Shown here: positions 16,891 to 19,279 of the stretch, one piece after another | Position numbering within the stretch: position 1 is the first letter of the stretch | Layout of the letters: each line of letters opens with the position of its first letter | NCBI GenBank assembly: GCA_020184695.1 | Contig: JAANOX010000012.1 | Coordinates: 1 to 19,279 of the forward strand | DNA from: Histomonas meleagridis 2922-C6/04-290x | Taxonomy: Eukaryota > Protista > Parabasalia | DNA: 19,279 nt | Direction: 5' to 3' | Position numbers and translations under genes: made by a program | Notes under the pieces: model-generated | Database searches by the model: none | What the model saw: the letters and a program-made list of their open reading frames with translations, nothing else | Told to the model about the DNA's origin: nothing

Positions 16891-18528
16891 ATGTATTATA
16901 ATAATACGCAATCTAAAAAAATGAACAAAATGATCAAGGTAATGTTGGAGCTTATTTTGATCGTCTTAAAGATTTAATTGCTAAAAAAATGATGGTACTC
17001 GGTCTTTTATTTTAAGAACTGAAGATTGTCATGATCAAAATGCACCTTTTAATCAATCACAAGAAACTAGATTAAGAATTACTCATGGTGATCATATGAT
17101 TTCACAAATAACTGAAGGTTTTATTAATTTTAAACTTAGAATAACTGTACAATTATCAAAAGCTATTTCATCTGGTAATTTAACAGATCCAGAAAATTTA
17201 GCTAAAATATTTATAGGTTTTAAGAGTTCTAATCAATTATTAGATCAATTACAAATTATGTCTAATAATATTTCTACTGGTTATCAACAAAATGAATGTT
17301 GTCGTGAAGGTTATTGTTATTCTACAATTAAACCTTATGCTGAAAAAGAAAACTAGGAAAATATACACATTCTTTATATGAAAATTTTTCAGAATATTCT
17401 CAATCTGTTTGTGGTACTTATGTTGATTTAAATACAATTGCAGATGGAAATAAACATGATATCGAATTTGAAATGAATCTTCCATTTGAAGATATATTAG
17501 CTTTACAAGCATTTGATTTATATCCAAATAGATTAGTTGGTGATATTGAATTAAAGTTTTATGTTAAACAAAATGGTTTAGTATGGTGTCAAGTAGATCC
17601 ACGTAAAATTAAAGAAGTTAAAGAATTTTTTTAGAAGATTCATCTATTAATGCTAATTTTAATAATTTACCTTTATTTACTCATGGTTTTTACTCAAATA
17701 GGTAATTCTGCTAATATAACTACTACATTTAAATGTGATACTGAAACTAATCATACTATTGATACTGCAACTGAGAATGTTTCTTTATATTGTACAGGTT
17801 TAACTGTACTTTCATGTAAATCTAATATGTATGGTTTTGGAGTTAAAGAAGAAACTTTAAATCAAATAGCTCAAATACTTCAACAACCTGGAGGTTTATT
17901 AATTCCTTCACAACAATTAGATTATAATGCTTTTGCTTTAGCTGCTACTGAATCTGGTATACAATCTACTATTAATATGCCTTTATTTAATGTTACAACT
18001 ATTACAGTTGTATTTCCAAAACATGCTAATGATTATACTTGTTTCGATAATCCTATTTATAATAATGTACAATTAACTATTGCAGGTCAAAATTTATCCT
18101 GATGAACCTATTTCTACTTTAGGTGCTAGATTTTTTTACAATATCAATGAGTTTCTTTTGATTTAGATGGGGTTGTACAATTTACTAAAGAATTTGAAGA
18201 TTCTTTAACTATGGATAGAAATGCTTCAAATGGTACTAGATATAATAATACATTAAGTGATGCTACTTCATTTATGCTTAATATACAATGTGAACGTTCA
18301 CGTGGTGGTTACGTATTTGATGGTTTAGATTCTAATGGTCAAAATATACCAATACAAATTAAAGGTCAACCTATTTATACACAAGCTAATGATACATATT
18401 ATAATGTTGATGATGCTGGAAATCATCCACCACCACCACAATTATTCATTTGTCGTGATACTTATTTTACATTAGATTTACACAATGGTTTGAAATACCA
18501 TGCTAATGGTACACCAGATGGTTATTAA
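16891..18528 (+). pseudogene. Probable double-jelly-roll major capsid protein of a metamonad Polinton-like virus, ~540 aa, broken by homopolymer frameshifts and one TGA
   Basis: A continuous protein can be rebuilt: MYYNNTQSKK/NEQNDQGNVGAYFDRLKDLIAKK/NDGTRSFILRTEDCHDQNAPFNQSQETRLRITHG...GFKSSNQLLDQLQI...KYTHSLYENFSEYSQSVCGTYV...LQAFDLYPNRLVGDIELKFYV...VVFPKHANDYTCFDNP...YPDEPISTLGARF/LQYQ*VSFDLDG...ERSRGGYVFDGLDS...PDGY*. Size, beta-rich composition and genomic context fit an MCP. It resembles, from memory only, PLV capsid-type proteins found in metamonad genomes. Confidence 0.6.
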
Positions 18529-18547
18529 ATAAACATATATATTTATA

Positions 18548-18670
18548 AAAATATTATCAAATTTTGACTATAACCTCTGTGGCAAAGTTATTTGATATAA
18601 TTTGATCCTTAAAATATTATCGAAATTGACTTAAACATTTTTCACAGAATATTTTGATATAATGTTAAAC
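18548..18670. repeat. Two imperfect ~62-63 nt direct repeats downstream of the capsid-like gene
   Basis: AAAATATTATC...TTGACT starts at 18548 and 18611; TTTGATATAAT starts at 18591 and 18653. Confidence 0.6.
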
Positions 18671-18680
18671 AGTTATTTTT

Positions 18681-18691
18681 TCACTTCATTT
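18681..18691 (+). promoter_or_regulatory. Tandem Inr-like motif TCACTTCATTT upstream of ATG 18697
   Basis: Two overlapping TCA(C/T)TT matches ending 5 nt before the ATG. Confidence 0.55.
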
Positions 18692-18696
18692 TATAA

Positions 18697-19279
18697 ATGG
18701 AGACTGACTTCAAATCTAAAACAGGGTACAAAGAACCCTCAAAAATTCAACCCGGTAAGGTTTCAAGAACAGAAACCAAAAATCAAACAAATGATACAAA
18801 TACTTATTATGATTTAATTTTTTATTTAAATGAAGATAATAATAATTTATATGATATTCATCTTTCAGATATTTTATTCCAAAAAGAAAAAACATTTATT
18901 TTTAAAAATTCTCATTATGAAAAAATTATAAATCAAGAAGAAAATAATAAATATTTCCCTTCCTTAAGACGTCTAACTAATAGTGCAAATTTAATATTAC
19001 AATTTCAAATAGATATAAATCAATTATTGAAAAAACATTATCAAATTTTATTTCATCAACAATTATTAATTAATTATGTAAAAAATTATTATCCCAATTA
19101 TATTTATAATATTGTTAATGGGATTGGGAAAGATTTTAGAATTGCTTTATTTATCGTTAATTATTTTGATGAATTATTAGAGAAAGATAAAATATATTTG
19201 ATTAATATTTTAATTGAATGGTGTAGACATTACATTGATAAGAAAATAATGTTTAATGCTACTCCTTCTAAAAATTGTA
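18697..19279 (+). CDS. Hypothetical element protein, 3'-partial (at least 194 aa)
   Basis: METDFKSKTGYKEPSKIQPGKVSRTETKNQ...IEWCRHYIDKKIMFNATPSKNC is stop-free to the window end. It is absent from the ORF track because it has no stop codon. No family recognised. Confidence 0.7.
   Translation, partial: METDFKSKTGYKEPSKIQPGKVSRTETKNQTNDTNTYYDLIFYLNEDNNNLYDIHLSDILFQKEKTFIFKNSHYEKIINQEENNKYFPSLRRLTNSANLILQFQIDINQLLKKHYQILFHQQLLINYVKNYYPNYIYNIVNGIGKDFRIALFIVNYFDELLEKDKIYLINILIEWCRHYIDKKIMFNATPSKNC

Larger units (their letters stand above)
14724..19279. mobile_element. Left part of an endogenous Polinton-like virus / Maverick-related element; continues beyond the window
   Basis: Abrupt GC-rich palindrome cluster right after the PP6 3' UTR, followed by densely packed AT-rich ORFs in both orientations, including a probable capsid gene and pVI-like peptides. 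The left boundary is uncertain (14700-14766). No integrase, packaging ATPase or protease is seen in the window. Confidence 0.65.

Noticed and set aside
16774-17527. ORFs 16774..16977 (+) and 17249..17527 (-), and the N-terminus MLILIIYLYLLMV of 17650..18102 as a signal peptide
   Set aside because: These are off-frame or antisense by-products of the frameshifted capsid-like gene. The hydrophobic leader disappears once the frame is corrected.

Overview
AT-rich eukaryotic genomic DNA, most likely from a parabasalid (trichomonad/Tritrichomonas-like). That call is inferred from long intronless ORFs, very short intergenic spaces and TCA(C/T)TT initiator motifs just upstream of ATGs. The left ~14.7 kb is host sequence: a divergent DOCK-family protein, a 689-aa orphan, a Tc1/IS630-type transposase fossil, DNA polymerase alpha catalytic subunit, an ankyrin-repeat locus, C1D/Rrp47 and a PP6-like phosphatase. 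From ~14.72 kb to the window end lies an apparent endogenous Polinton-like virus. It has a cluster of GC-rich perfect palindromes at its left end, two tandem small amphipathic-helix proteins resembling the adenovirus pVI membrane-lytic helix, a frameshifted ~540-aa probable major capsid protein and several orphan ORFs. There are two top leads. (1) The ankyrin locus, missed by the ORF track, is built from 102-nt (34-codon) repeats separated by AT-rich spacers (68, 68, 68, 51, 48, 48 nt). The spacers lack GT-AG ends but share a TTT(G/A)(G/A) motif at an invariant position near their 3' end, so they are candidate non-canonical introns. (2) The virus-like element has a nested-palindrome terminus and a symmetric bidirectional capsid-module promoter. 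All calls come from manual translation and motif recognition; no database searches were run.
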